Made by a program: the position numbers and the translations under genes
Part shown: positions 47,073 to 58,102 of the stretch, one piece after another
Layout of the letters: the number at the start of each line of letters is the position of its first letter
Numbering within the stretch: position 1 is the stretch's first letter
Notes under the pieces: generated by a model
Database searches by the model: none
What the model saw: only the letters and a program-made list of their open reading frames with translations
Told to the model about the DNA's origin: nothing
NCBI GenBank assembly: GCA_964443565.1
Contig: CAYUCT010000002.1
Coordinates: forward strand, 2,036-66,035
Direction of reading: 5' to 3'
From: Candidatus Woesearchaeota archaeon
GTDB taxonomy: Archaea; Nanobdellota; Nanobdellia; Pacearchaeales; UBA284
DNA length: 64,000 bases

Positions 47073-47558
47073 ATGAATATTAAAGAAAAAAAAGAAAATC
47101 CAGATAAAGAAAAAGATTTTCAAAAATCTTTATTTGAAATGAATTTATTGCAAAATGAATTATCTTCTTTGGATCAACAAATGCAATTTATTGAAAAATA
47201 TATTCAAGATTTAAATTCTTTGAAAAATTCTATAGAAGAATTAAAGAATGTTAAAGAAAATCAAGATTTTTTTTCTCCATTAAGCCAAGATATTATGCTT
47301 CAAGCAAAGATTACAAATACTAAAGAATTATTGGTTAATATGGGTGGAAAAGTTCTGGTAAAAAAAACTATTGATGAAACAAAAGATATTGTTGAAGAAA
47401 AAATAAGTAAAACATTAGAATTAAAAGAACAAATTATTCAACAAATAGAAACAATTTTATCAGAAATGGACAGAATTGAAAGCCAAATAAAGAAATCCAA
47501 ACAGAATCAAGAAAACTTATGCGATGATGAAGAATGCAATTGTGAGCACGATCATTAA
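47073..47558 (+). CDS. pfdA: Prefoldin alpha subunit (start revised to ATG at 47073)
   Basis: Coiled coils flanking FFSPL..AKI..LLVNMGGKVLVKK hairpins. Confidence 0.88.
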   Translation: MNIKEKKENPDKEKDFQKSLFEMNLLQNELSSLDQQMQFIEKYIQDLNSLKNSIEELKNVKENQDFFSPLSQDIMLQAKITNTKELLVNMGGKVLVKKTIDETKDIVEEKISKTLELKEQIIQQIETILSEMDRIESQIKKSKQNQENLCDDEECNCEHDH

Positions 47559-47565
47559 GATAATT

Positions 47566-48477
47566 CTAATTAAATTTTGCTTGCTTTATCCAGGGATATC
47601 TAGACAATACATGCATTAAAAATTTTTCATGAGGTAAAATTCCTAGTTCTGAAACAATTCCCTCGATCATTAATGTACTTATTTTTTCAAATGCCGGATT
47701 CTCAATAATTACCCCCTTTGGAGCATTCTTCCAAATTTCTTCTGAAGGACGTTCTTCAAGAGGAGTTTCAGATCCGTATATTGATTGGGGATCAAATTTC
47801 CAAGAGTCTGAAATAATATAAACCGGAACATGATAATTTCTTGCAGTTAAAGCAAACAATTCCGAACCAATTTTATTATAGACTTTATTCTTAGTTATTG
47901 CATCTGCCCCAAAAAAGATAATATCTGCTCTTTTTATTGCTAATCTTGCTGCACTATCCAAGACATGAATAACTGGAATTCCATTTTTTGCTAATTCTGA
48001 AGAAGTTTTTCTTCCTTGAAATAAAGGTCTAGTTTCGGTGTTGTATACAATAAAATTTTTTCCTTGTTTTTTTGCTTCTACTAAAATATCTATAACCGAA
48101 CTACTATGGCAATGTGTAAAGATAGTGCATCCATTTTTTATTAAATTTGCACCATGCTTTTTTATTTCTTCTTTTGAATATTTTAAATGATCTAATGAAT
48201 TTTTTACTCCTTCTTCAAGATTATTAAAAGATTTTGCTCTAAAAAGACAATTTCTTAATAATGGTTCTGTTGGTCTTAAAGAAATTATTTTTTTAATTGA
48301 TACAGGATCATTTTTTATTTTTAATAATTCTAAACCCGCAATAGCAATATTTTCTGCACCCTGTATCCTAACTTTTTGAATATCTAAACAAATTTTTTCA
48401 AATTTTTTTTGATTTTCTTTTTTATTTAATTTTCTTTTTATTTGCATTTTATAAAGAAAGATAATTTCTTTCTTCAC
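47566..48477 (-). CDS. Ribose-1,5-bisphosphate isomerase (eIF-2B-like family); true start possibly 48447
   Basis: IQGA, RPTEP, THCHS (catalytic Cys), ETRPLFQG, GADAI (catalytic Asp), NKIGS, NPAF. Confidence 0.85.
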   Translation of the reverse strand: MKKEIIFLYKMQIKRKLNKKENQKKFEKICLDIQKVRIQGAENIAIAGLELLKIKNDPVSIKKIISLRPTEPLLRNCLFRAKSFNNLEEGVKNSLDHLKYSKEEIKKHGANLIKNGCTIFTHCHSSSVIDILVEAKKQGKNFIVYNTETRPLFQGRKTSSELAKNGIPVIHVLDSAARLAIKRADIIFFGADAITKNKVYNKIGSELFALTARNYHVPVYIISDSWKFDPQSIYGSETPLEERPSEEIWKNAPKGVIIENPAFEKISTLMIEGIVSELGILPHEKFLMHVLSRYPWIKQAKFN

Positions 48478-48609
48478 CTCTTTAATAAATGATATTAATT
48501 AAGGATATAAAAAGTTTTGTTTTATTTATATTAAAAAGATTAAGTTTTTAAGTATTAAACCGTTTGATTATTTAATAAAAAGAGGAAACCACATTTAGGT
48601 TAAATAAAA

Positions 48610-49503
48610 ATGTTTGAATCAATTATCAATCCAAAAAAAGCTGAACGAAAACCATGGGAAATGAGTATTATTGGTTTTATCTATGCCTCCCTTGCAGTTC
48701 TTACTACAGATTTTTTATTTATTAATAATCCGGTATTTCAAAAACATATTAGTATCCTAATTGTTTGTTTTACTGTTTTCTTTTCAATTCCATTTGTTTA
48801 TTATGTTATGAAAAGAGAAGAAAGAAAAGACGAGAGAATCCACAACGAAGGAAAATTATTTAAAGAACATGAAAAAGCATTATCTGCATTAATCTTTTTA
48901 TTTATTGGATATGTATTAGCCCTGTCTTTATTATATGTGGTCATGCCAATTGATAAAACAAATATTAACTTCAAAATACAGACAGAAACATATTGCCAGG
49001 TGAATAGTAATCTTCCTTTAGAAGAATGTGTAAGGAATTTTGAAAGCGTTTTAATGCAAAAAGATATTTCTGGAAATGCAATCAGTGGAATGGTCTCATT
49101 AAAAGATGGAATGGCAAGAGTTATGACTATTTTAACAAATAATTTTTATGTATTCTTTTTTACATTATTATTTTCTTTTCTTTTTGGTGCTGGTGCAATA
49201 TTTATTTTAGCCTGGAATGCTTCTGTTATCTCTGCGGCGATTGGAATATATTCAAAAGGCGCATTTTCTGGATTACCTAACGGATTTTTAAGATATCTTG
49301 TTCATGGAATACCCGAAATTTTAGCATATTTTGTTGTTGCTCTTGCCGGCGGGATAATAGGTAATGCAATCATCAATCAGGAGTTTAATAGTAATAAATT
49401 TATTAGAATTTTGCAAGATGTTTTAGATTTAATAATTGTTGGATTAATTATCCTAATAATCTCTGCATTTATGGAAGTTTTTCTTACACCCATAATTATT
49501 TAA
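48610..49503 (+). CDS. SpoIIM/DUF95-family membrane protein
   Basis: ILTNN, ILAWNA, HGIPEI, ISAFMEVF. Confidence 0.85.
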   Translation: MFESIINPKKAERKPWEMSIIGFIYASLAVLTTDFLFINNPVFQKHISILIVCFTVFFSIPFVYYVMKREERKDERIHNEGKLFKEHEKALSALIFLFIGYVLALSLLYVVMPIDKTNINFKIQTETYCQVNSNLPLEECVRNFESVLMQKDISGNAISGMVSLKDGMARVMTILTNNFYVFFFTLLFSFLFGAGAIFILAWNASVISAAIGIYSKGAFSGLPNGFLRYLVHGIPEILAYFVVALAGGIIGNAIINQEFNSNKFIRILQDVLDLIIVGLIILIISAFMEVFLTPIII

Positions 49504-49568
49504 GATTATTTTGTATTATTTAGAATAAATCCAAAAAATAAAAATAATAAAACTGATTAAATATCAAA

Positions 49569-50927
49569 ATGAAAAAATTACAAATAATACCCCCGGCAGA
49601 AAAAAAGTTATTTTATCTAAAGGAATTCCAATTAAAAAAACAGATTAAAAAAATTTTTGGGTTTACAATCCTGGGTGGAATTTTTGGCTTTTTATTATAT
49701 TTTACCTTGGCTAGAATGCTTACCCCCGAAGAGTATGGGATATTTTATACTTTTATTGTATTCACTTTCTTTTTTATGATTGGCCAAGAATCTATCAAAA
49801 TTTTTTCCGCAAAATATGCCACAAAATACTTTTGTAATAAAGATATAGAAAAAATAAATTTGCTTTATAAAAAAAATAGAAAAAAAATTATGCTTTACTC
49901 TGTTCCTTTATTTTTATTATTCTTATCACTTTATCCATTTATTGGAAAGAATCTATTGCATTCCACCTTTTTTCAATATTGCCTTTTTGGAACTTCATTA
50001 TTTTTTGTTTTTTTATATCCTCTTTGTGTAGGAATTTTGCAAGGAATAAATCATTTTAAGGAATCCAGTTTTATTTATACTATTTATTCAATTATTTTTT
50101 ATTGCGGTGCTTTATTATCTGTTCTTTTAAAATTTAATTTAAATGGGATCCTTTTTTCGATAGTTTGCACAAATGCAATTGTTTCTTTTTTGAGTTTGGA
50201 AATTGTGAATAAACGATTAAAAGAATTTCAAGCAAAATTTAAAACTGAAAAAAATAAAAATATTTTTTCAATAAAAAATTCTGCAAAAAAAACTATTGAA
50301 TCTCAAAATGAAATGAAAAAATTCTTCTTGGCAATATTAACAATTTTTGGATTATTGATGTTATTTAGTATGATAGATGTTTTATTAGCAAGATATTTCT
50401 TTAGTGCCTTTGATTCCGGACTTTATAGCGGATTATCAACAATTGCCAAATTATTATTTTTTGCTTCATTGACTATTTCAAAAGGATTATTTCTAAAAAT
50501 AATTGAGTCTGGGGAACTAAATAAAAAAGAGATAAAAAAAGAGACAGATAAAATGTTACTTCTTGGATTCTTAACAAATTTTGCTTTAGGAGTATTATTT
50601 TTTGCAGGAGCCTATTTTTTTCCAGAATTAATAATTAAAATTGTTTTAGGAAATAAATATATTGAATTTTCCTATTTATTAAAATATGTGGTTCTATCAA
50701 TGGCATTATTAGCTTTATCCACGTTTATTACTTTTTATAATCTTTCTTTAAATTGGAATAAAAAATTAACTGCCAGAGTACTTATTGCCTTTTTATTTTT
50801 ACAAATTGTATTGGTGTTAATATTTCATGAAAGTTTAATTCAATTTGTTATAATAAATATCATTTCCAATTTAATTTTATTAATGGCTTTACTTTCTACA
50901 ATCAAAACAGATGAAGATTCATCTTAA
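49569..50927 (+). CDS. Oligosaccharide flippase (Wzx/MOP family)
   Basis: LARMLTPEEYG, ILQG, ID...GLYS; about 12 TM; adjacent to aglB. Confidence 0.85.
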   Translation: MKKLQIIPPAEKKLFYLKEFQLKKQIKKIFGFTILGGIFGFLLYFTLARMLTPEEYGIFYTFIVFTFFFMIGQESIKIFSAKYATKYFCNKDIEKINLLYKKNRKKIMLYSVPLFLLFLSLYPFIGKNLLHSTFFQYCLFGTSLFFVFLYPLCVGILQGINHFKESSFIYTIYSIIFYCGALLSVLLKFNLNGILFSIVCTNAIVSFLSLEIVNKRLKEFQAKFKTEKNKNIFSIKNSAKKTIESQNEMKKFFLAILTIFGLLMLFSMIDVLLARYFFSAFDSGLYSGLSTIAKLLFFASLTISKGLFLKIIESGELNKKEIKKETDKMLLLGFLTNFALGVLFFAGAYFFPELIIKIVLGNKYIEFSYLLKYVVLSMALLALSTFITFYNLSLNWNKKLTARVLIAFLFLQIVLVLIFHESLIQFVIINIISNLILLMALLSTIKTDEDSS

Positions 50928-50989
50928 AGATTTTCTTATCTTCAAAGATAACTTTAAAAACAAAAAAATTCTTTATAAATTACGAAAAA

Positions 50990-53692
50990 ATGGAAGCCGA
51001 AAACAAGAAAGAATTTATTTATTATTTTAAAAAATTTTTGCCAGGAATATCTTTACTTTTCTTATTTTTAATTATCCTTTTAGCAGTTTATGTTCGAACC
51101 CCAAATATTTCTAATTTAAAAGATGTTACAACAGGAAATTATACCCTCGGACCAGATTTAGATCCATTTTTATATCTAAGAAACGCCCAGGAAATAATTA
51201 AAACTGGGACTTTAGCTAGCCCAGACAAAATGTGGATGGCACCACTTGGAACGGAATCTTATGCAAAACACAATTTAATGCCTTGGGCAATTGTTGGAAT
51301 ATACAAATTTTTAAATTTATTTAAAGAAACAAGTTTAGAATACTCCGCAATTATCCTCCCAGTTATTTTATTTGCAATAACCTTAATTTTCTTTTTCTTA
51401 TTTATTCAAAAGACCTTTTCATTTTTTATGAAAAGAGAACTTTCACATGCCGGAGCAATAATTGCTACTTTAATTTATGCTGTAATACCTGAAATGCTTC
51501 ACAGAACAACTGCCGGAATTCCAGAGATAGAAAGTTTAGGTATGGTCTTCTTTTGGATGGCGTTTTACTTTTTTATAATCGCTTGGAATTCTGAAAAATT
51601 AAAAAAAGGAATTTTATTTTCAATGCTTGCGGGAATATCAACACTTTTAATGATATTTAGTTGGGGTGGATTTAGATATATTTTTATGGCTTTTTCATTA
51701 GCCGTATTATTCTCATTTTTCTTCCAAAAAATTTCTAGAAAAAATGTACTAATTTATGGAATTTGGTGGGGGATTTCTATTTTGGGCTTTTTGCTTAAAG
51801 GAATTTCAATTAGTGGAATTCTTTCAAGTGTTACAGATGGTTTATTTTCAACAGTAGTTTTATTTGTTTTAGTGATAGATTTAATTCTTTTTGAAACTCC
51901 TCTAAAAAATAAAACTAATAAATTAATAGAAAAATGGAAAATTAAATTTCCAAGATCTTTAATTTCTTTGATAATCTCCTTTATTTTTGGTGTTTTAATT
52001 ATTATTTTTCTTTTTGGACCCGATTTTATTTTAAACAAATTTCAAGCGATATTTGATTATTTATTAAAACCCTTCGGTTCTGGGAGAATTGGATTAACTG
52101 TCGCTGAAAACCAGGTTCCATATTTCACACAAGTTTCAAATACTTTTGCCGTAACATTTATGGGAATTAATTTTTCTTTATTTTGGACTTTCTTTTTTGG
52201 AACAATTTTGATGTTTTATTCTGCAATTAAACATTTTAATAAGAAGAATAAATGGATATTATTCTCTTCATTTGTATTATTTTTAATTATGTTCATATTT
52301 AGTAGATATTCACCAACAAGTTTATTTAATGGAGATAATGCTATCAGCAAAATTATTTATTTTGGTGGTTTAATTATTTTTGCTTTTGGTATTTTATATG
52401 TTTATATTCAAGAATTAAAAAACAAAAATTTGGAAAATTCATTTGATAAAATAAAATTTGGATATCTTCTTTTAATTAGTTTAATTTTCTTTGCAATTAT
52501 TTCCATGCGAGGAGCAGTAAGATTATTTTTTATTATTTCTCCCCCAATGATTATTGCGTCGACATTTTTACCAATAAAATTGTTTGATATTGCAATTAAA
52601 GAAAAAATTGATTGGAAAAAATATTTATTTTTAACCTTTGTTTTAATCTCGGTTATATTTTTAACAATCTTTGCAGTAAATTATGCAAAAGCGAGTTATT
52701 ATGAAACAAAATATACTATTCCGGGAGCATACCAACAACAATGGCAATATACTATGTCCTGGGTTAGAGAAAATACCAAAGAAAATTCCATATTTGTACA
52801 TTGGTGGGATTATGGTTATTGGATACAAACTATCGGTGAAAGACCAACAGTCACTGATGGAGGGCATGTGAATAGTTTTTGGGATCATACAACTGCGAGA
52901 TATCTAATGACTGCTGAAAACGAGAATACAACTCTTCAATTATGCAAGGCACACAATGTTTCATATATCTTATTTGATTCTAGCGACATTGGAAAATACA
53001 GCGCATATTCAAGTATTGCTTCAGACATAACAGGACAAGATAGATTAAGTTATATTCCAACTGTTATGATGGATGAATCACAAACTCAAGAAACAAAAAA
53101 TGAAACAATTTATGTATATACCGGCGGATTTTGGCTTGACCAAGATTTAATTTGGAATAATGAATTACTTCCACAAGGAAATGCAATAATTGCAGGATTT
53201 TTAATGCATGAAGATTCTGGAAGAATATCAAATATTGAAGAAATTGTGTATTACAACAATAAAAGATATAGTATTCCCATAAATTATGTATATTTAAATA
53301 ATCAAAAAATAAAATTATCCGAAAAAGGAATAGATGGAGTATTCTACTTTGTTCCAAAATTAAATGATAATGGAATAAATCCGCTTGGAACCGCGTTTTT
53401 CATATCTGAAAAGGTAACAAAAGGGCAATTTGCAAAGATGTATCTATTAAATGAAACCAATATTCCTTTAGTCCATAAGGAAGATAGTTATGTAATTAAA
53501 CAATTAAGAGATTATTATAACATGAGTGTTGGAGATTTTATTTATACTAATGATTTATCTGGACCAATAAAAATATTTGAAGTAACGGATAATCTTTTAG
53601 AGAATATTAATTATTATCCTGAATATCTTCAAACAACCGGATGGGATGAAATCAATGGACCTTTTGCCCCACTAGATTATTTAGGAAAATAA
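50990..53692 (+). CDS. aglB: Oligosaccharyltransferase AglB (STT3 family)
   Basis: DLDPFLYLR, SWGG, TVAEN, WWDYGYWI, TVTDG, DIGKY. Confidence 0.95.
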   Translation: MEAENKKEFIYYFKKFLPGISLLFLFLIILLAVYVRTPNISNLKDVTTGNYTLGPDLDPFLYLRNAQEIIKTGTLASPDKMWMAPLGTESYAKHNLMPWAIVGIYKFLNLFKETSLEYSAIILPVILFAITLIFFFLFIQKTFSFFMKRELSHAGAIIATLIYAVIPEMLHRTTAGIPEIESLGMVFFWMAFYFFIIAWNSEKLKKGILFSMLAGISTLLMIFSWGGFRYIFMAFSLAVLFSFFFQKISRKNVLIYGIWWGISILGFLLKGISISGILSSVTDGLFSTVVLFVLVIDLILFETPLKNKTNKLIEKWKIKFPRSLISLIISFIFGVLIIIFLFGPDFILNKFQAIFDYLLKPFGSGRIGLTVAENQVPYFTQVSNTFAVTFMGINFSLFWTFFFGTILMFYSAIKHFNKKNKWILFSSFVLFLIMFIFSRYSPTSLFNGDNAISKIIYFGGLIIFAFGILYVYIQELKNKNLENSFDKIKFGYLLLISLIFFAIISMRGAVRLFFIISPPMIIASTFLPIKLFDIAIKEKIDWKKYLFLTFVLISVIFLTIFAVNYAKASYYETKYTIPGAYQQQWQYTMSWVRENTKENSIFVHWWDYGYWIQTIGERPTVTDGGHVNSFWDHTTARYLMTAENENTTLQLCKAHNVSYILFDSSDIGKYSAYSSIASDITGQDRLSYIPTVMMDESQTQETKNETIYVYTGGFWLDQDLIWNNELLPQGNAIIAGFLMHEDSGRISNIEEIVYYNNKRYSIPINYVYLNNQKIKLSEKGIDGVFYFVPKLNDNGINPLGTAFFISEKVTKGQFAKMYLLNETNIPLVHKEDSYVIKQLRDYYNMSVGDFIYTNDLSGPIKIFEVTDNLLENINYYPEYLQTTGWDEINGPFAPLDYLGK

Positions 53693-53709
53693 AAAAAGCA
53701 TAAATTAAA

Positions 53710-54717
53710 ATGGAAACAATGAATTTTATTTTTTCTGGAATTTTATTTTTTATTTCATTAATCTTATCTTTATTCTTAACAAAATACTGGATTGGCATTG
53801 CTAAAAAAAATAATCTTATGGGGAAAGATATGAATAAATTTTCTAAACCCCTGGTAGCAGAAGCCGGAGGGATTGCAATAGTTTTTTCAATTATAATCGG
53901 AATCTTAATTTATGTTTTTTTTAAAACATTTTTATTAAATAATTCAAATAATGTTTTAGAATCTTTAGTGATTATTACTTCAATTTTATTGGCGGGATTT
54001 ATTGGTTTTATTGATGATATTCTTGGATGGAAAAAAGGATTAAAACCTTGGCAAAAAATTTTAATGACCACGGTTATTGCAATTCCATTAATGGTAATTA
54101 ATGCCGGAGATTCAATAGTCAATTTACCATTTTTTGGAACGGTTAATTTTGGAATAATATATCCATTAATTTTAATTCCAATTGGAATAATTGGAGCAAC
54201 AAACGGATATAATATTTTAGCGGGGTATAATGGATTAGAAGCTGGATTAGGATTAGTTATCTTTTCTTTTTTAGGATTTATTGCATATCAACAAAATATT
54301 TTATGGCTAACCTTAATTGCCGGAATTATTGTTTTTTCACTATTAGGATTTTTATTTTTTAATAAATTTCCTGCAAAGATTTTTCCAGGAGATTCTTTAA
54401 CTTATTTGCTTGGAGTATTAATTGCTTGTTTTGCAATATTTGGAAACATGCAAAAAATAACCATAATTCTTTTTATTCCATTTATTATAGAGGGATTTTT
54501 AAAATTAAAATCAAAATTCAAAGCAGAAAATTTTGGAAAAATTAATAAAGATAATTCATTAGAATTACCTTATGCTAAAATTTATAGTTTAACTCATTTA
54601 TCAATAAAAATATTAAAAAAAATTAAACCGAGCCATAAAGTTTATGAAAAAGATGTTGTGTGGTTTTTAATTTTAATTGAAATTATAATCGGATTGCTGA
54701 TTTTAGCATTTTTTTAA
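53710..54717 (+). CDS. UDP-GlcNAc:dolichyl-phosphate GlcNAc-1-P transferase (AglH/GPT, MraY-like)
   Basis: GKDMNK, EAGG, GFIDD, NILAGYNGLE, PAKIFPGDS. Confidence 0.9.
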   Translation: METMNFIFSGILFFISLILSLFLTKYWIGIAKKNNLMGKDMNKFSKPLVAEAGGIAIVFSIIIGILIYVFFKTFLLNNSNNVLESLVIITSILLAGFIGFIDDILGWKKGLKPWQKILMTTVIAIPLMVINAGDSIVNLPFFGTVNFGIIYPLILIPIGIIGATNGYNILAGYNGLEAGLGLVIFSFLGFIAYQQNILWLTLIAGIIVFSLLGFLFFNKFPAKIFPGDSLTYLLGVLIACFAIFGNMQKITIILFIPFIIEGFLKLKSKFKAENFGKINKDNSLELPYAKIYSLTHLSIKILKKIKPSHKVYEKDVVWFLILIEIIIGLLILAFF

Positions 54718-54729
54718 TTTAGAAAAAAA

Positions 54730-55842
54730 ATGAAAAACATTAAAATTGCATTTATTATTGGAACTAGAGCAGAATTAATTAAGGTCTTTCCTTTAATGAT
54801 TGAATTAAAAAATAAAAAAATAGAGTATTATTTTATACACACCGGACAACATAATCTTAAAGATCTATGTAAAAAATTTGGAATAAAAAATCCGGATATT
54901 GTTTTAACTACCGAACCAAAAAAATCTTCTAAATTTAATTCAAATCAAATTAAGGCAATAATTTGGAATTTAAATTTAATATTTAAAATAAAAAAGACTT
55001 TAAATAAATTAAATAATTTAAAATATGTAATTTATCATGGAGATACTATGACTACCGCAACCGCAGCTATCGCCACTTCAAAAATATTAAATCCATTTAA
55101 AAAATATCAAAATGTGCATTTAGAAGCAGGATTGAGAAGTAATAATTTGAAAGAACCCTTTCCTGAAGAAATTTCTAGGATTATTGCAGACAATTATTCT
55201 GACATTTTGCTAGTTCCATCAATACTTGCAAAACATAATTTAAATAAAAAAAGAAATAAAAAAGTTATCCTTACTGGAAATACGGTTTTAGATTCTGCAA
55301 ATTTTGGAATAAATCTTGCTAAAAAACAGAAATTTAAACCTTTATCTAATAAAAAATTTGCATTAATTACAATTCATAGACACGAAAATATAAAATCTAA
55401 AAAAAGAATGAAAAAAATAATAACCATCTTATCTTCTATTAAAATTCCGGCTTTTTTTGCTATGCATGATAATACATTAAATAAAATAAAAAAATTTGGA
55501 TTGTATTCTAAATTAATAGAAAATGAAAATATTAAAATTATTCAGCCTATGGATTATCTTTCTTTCATATATCAGATGTCTAAATGTTCTTTAATTATTT
55601 GTGATGGTGGAAGTATGCAAGAAGAAAGTTTGATATTTAAAAAACCATGTATAATTTTAAGAATGAATACTGAAAGACCGGAGGGATTGAATACCAACTT
55701 TCAATATCTTTCAAAATTAGATATTCAGAAAACAAAAGAGAAAATTAAAGAATACTTAAGTAATAATTTTAAAATAAAACCTTTTGAAAATCCCTATGGA
55801 AAAATAGGGGTTAGTAAAAAGATTGCAGAGATGTTAAAATGA
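54730..55842 (+). CDS. wecB: UDP-N-acetylglucosamine 2-epimerase
   Basis: GTRAELIK, HTGQH, HGDT, HLEAGLRS, PFPEE, HRHEN, DGGSMQEE, TERPE. Confidence 0.93.
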   Translation: MKNIKIAFIIGTRAELIKVFPLMIELKNKKIEYYFIHTGQHNLKDLCKKFGIKNPDIVLTTEPKKSSKFNSNQIKAIIWNLNLIFKIKKTLNKLNNLKYVIYHGDTMTTATAAIATSKILNPFKKYQNVHLEAGLRSNNLKEPFPEEISRIIADNYSDILLVPSILAKHNLNKKRNKKVILTGNTVLDSANFGINLAKKQKFKPLSNKKFALITIHRHENIKSKKRMKKIITILSSIKIPAFFAMHDNTLNKIKKFGLYSKLIENENIKIIQPMDYLSFIYQMSKCSLIICDGGSMQEESLIFKKPCIILRMNTERPEGLNTNFQYLSKLDIQKTKEKIKEYLSNNFKIKPFENPYGKIGVSKKIAEMLK

Positions 55843-56366
55843 AATTGCAAATTGGGTGTGGAAATGATAAAAGAAAAGGATATATTAACCTTGATGGTTC
55901 TAAAGATGTAAAACCAGATATTCTTTGGAATTTAGAAAAGACGCCCTTGCCATTTAAAACAAATCAATTTAATGAAATCTTAGCAAACCACGTTTTAGAA
56001 CATGTAACTAATTTTATATCGCTTATGCATGAATTACATAGAATATCAAAAAATGAAGGAAAAATTATTATCAGAACCCCATTTTATTCTGCATGGGGGC
56101 AGTTTAATGACCCTACACACGTAAGATATTTTACTCCTTATACTTTTAATTACTTTAACATAGGCAATTATAGTCATGAGGTAAAAACAAAAAAAGATAT
56201 GTTCACAATAAGAAAAATTAAGATAAATTTTGGAATTGGGCCCTCTTCAAAAATGAATTGGTTATTCAATCCAATTATCAATTTTAATCAAAAAATTTAT
56301 TGCCGATTTTTTGCTTGGATTTTTCCAGCAGCAGAAATTTATTATGAGCTAAAGGTATTAAAATGA
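55839..56366 (+). CDS. Class I SAM-dependent methyltransferase
   Basis: LQIGCG, HVLEH, ELHRI, DPTH. Confidence 0.85.
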   Translation: MKLQIGCGNDKRKGYINLDGSKDVKPDILWNLEKTPLPFKTNQFNEILANHVLEHVTNFISLMHELHRISKNEGKIIIRTPFYSAWGQFNDPTHVRYFTPYTFNYFNIGNYSHEVKTKKDMFTIRKIKINFGIGPSSKMNWLFNPIINFNQKIYCRFFAWIFPAAEIYYELKVLK

Positions 56367-56986
56367 AAAAAATGAATGTCTTGGAATTTAATAATTGGGA
56401 AAATCAAATAAAAAAAAGTGATTATTTTCTAGATATTGGTTGCTGGAATGGACAAAAAATTCTTGATCTCTCAAAAAGATGCCTTGTTTTTGGAATGGAC
56501 ATTGATTCTAAAAAAATTTCTTTAGCAAATCCGCTTATTAAAAATAAGATTAAATGTGGAGATGTTACCAAAAAAATACCATTTAATAAAAAATTTGATT
56601 GGATCTATTTATCCGAAGTAATTGAACATGTTAAAGATGAAGATTTACTTTTAAAAAATATTTCAAATTCATTAAAGATTGATGGAAAATTGGTTCTCAC
56701 AACACCAAAATCTGTACGGTTTTTTCAAATATGGGATCCTGCCTGGATTCGATGGAAATTTGGAGGACCCGTGCATAGACATTATACCCTCAATAAACTG
56801 AGGTATAAATTAATAAAGCACAATCTAAATATTGAATCTTATGCGATTGGTGGCTCTTTTCCTTGGATTCTTTCTAGATGGACTAATGTTTTATTAAAAT
56901 ATATTTTTAAATCAAAAAGACAGTTCAATTGGGGCAAAGCAGATGGTTTTTGTGATCTTAAAATTATTGCAAAAAAATTAAATTAA
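56363..56986 (+). CDS. Class I SAM-dependent methyltransferase
   Basis: LDIGCWNG, GMDID, EVIEH, LTTP, HRHYT. Confidence 0.88.
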   Translation: MKKMNVLEFNNWENQIKKSDYFLDIGCWNGQKILDLSKRCLVFGMDIDSKKISLANPLIKNKIKCGDVTKKIPFNKKFDWIYLSEVIEHVKDEDLLLKNISNSLKIDGKLVLTTPKSVRFFQIWDPAWIRWKFGGPVHRHYTLNKLRYKLIKHNLNIESYAIGGSFPWILSRWTNVLLKYIFKSKRQFNWGKADGFCDLKIIAKKLN

Positions 56987-56988
56987 AA

Positions 56989-58101
56989 ATGAAAAATAAA
57001 ATAAAAGTTTATCTTCAATATCCTTGGAAATTTCCGGATAGTTCTTATTATAAAAATTTCATGACATTCCCTCCAAAAAATATTGATTATATAAATAATA
57101 ATCAAAAAAAATTTGATTTAATTAATTCTAAAAATAAATTTATTTTTTCTAATAAGATAAAATCGGTTTTAAGAAATGGTTTATTATCCATAAATCTATC
57201 ACCAATAAATACACATTTAACCAAAACAAAAGAAAAATATGATTTAATTCATTGTGCACATTGTTTAAGTTTAAATAATTCTCCATGGGTTATGGATTTA
57301 GAATCTTCATGGCAGTTATTTGTTTCTGGAAAAAAAGATGAAAGAAGTATAATTAAAATAAAAAAAATTCTTTTAAACAAAAATTGCAAAAAAATAATGC
57401 CTTGGACCGAAAAAACAAAAGAAGAATTGATTGAATTGTTTTCAGAAAAAGAAATAAAAAATAAATTAAAAGTAGTTCATCATGCAATTAAAATTCAAAA
57501 AATAAAAAGAATAAAACATGACGGAATAAATTTGCTTTTTACTGCAAGATATTTTTATGAAAAAGGAGGTTTAGAAACTTTAGAAGTATTTGATTATTTA
57601 ACAAAGAGATATAAAAATATAAATGCCTTTTTTATTTCAAATACTCCAAAAGAGATTATTAAAAAATATTCTCAAAATAAAAATATTATTTTTTGCAATT
57701 TAATGTCTCAAGAAGAATTATTTAATAATATTTATTCTAAAACAGATATTATTATTTATCCGGGATACAGCGATAGTTATGGTTTTTTATTTATTGAAGC
57801 AGCATCTTTTGGAATCCCAATAATAACCCTAGAAGGTAATGCTCGAAAAGAATTAGTTTTAGATAAAAAAACCGGATTTATTGGGATAAAGCCAATTATT
57901 AATTGGAAAAATAGTATTCCAAATATAAAAAATAGAGAAGAGATTATAAACAATTTAATACATAATACTGAAAAGTTAATTAAAGATAAAAATCTTAGAA
58001 TTAAAATGTCAAAAAATGCGAGAACATTTGCTATAAGCAAATTTTCAATAGAAAAAAGAAATAAACAACTTGAAAGAATTTATCAAGAGGCAATAAAATA
58101 A
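56989..58101 (+). CDS. Glycosyltransferase family 4
   Basis: EKGG, DSYGFLFIEAASFGIPII, TGF, FS. Confidence 0.88.
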   Translation: MKNKIKVYLQYPWKFPDSSYYKNFMTFPPKNIDYINNNQKKFDLINSKNKFIFSNKIKSVLRNGLLSINLSPINTHLTKTKEKYDLIHCAHCLSLNNSPWVMDLESSWQLFVSGKKDERSIIKIKKILLNKNCKKIMPWTEKTKEELIELFSEKEIKNKLKVVHHAIKIQKIKRIKHDGINLLFTARYFYEKGGLETLEVFDYLTKRYKNINAFFISNTPKEIIKKYSQNKNIIFCNLMSQEELFNNIYSKTDIIIYPGYSDSYGFLFIEAASFGIPIITLEGNARKELVLDKKTGFIGIKPIINWKNSIPNIKNREEIINNLIHNTEKLIKDKNLRIKMSKNARTFAISKFSIEKRNKQLERIYQEAIK

Positions 58102-58102
58102 A

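Noticed and set aside
47566..48477. Translation factor aIF-2B or MtnA
   Set aside because: The THCHS, RPTEP and ETRPLFQG pattern fits R15P isomerase better; MtnA has THCNAG
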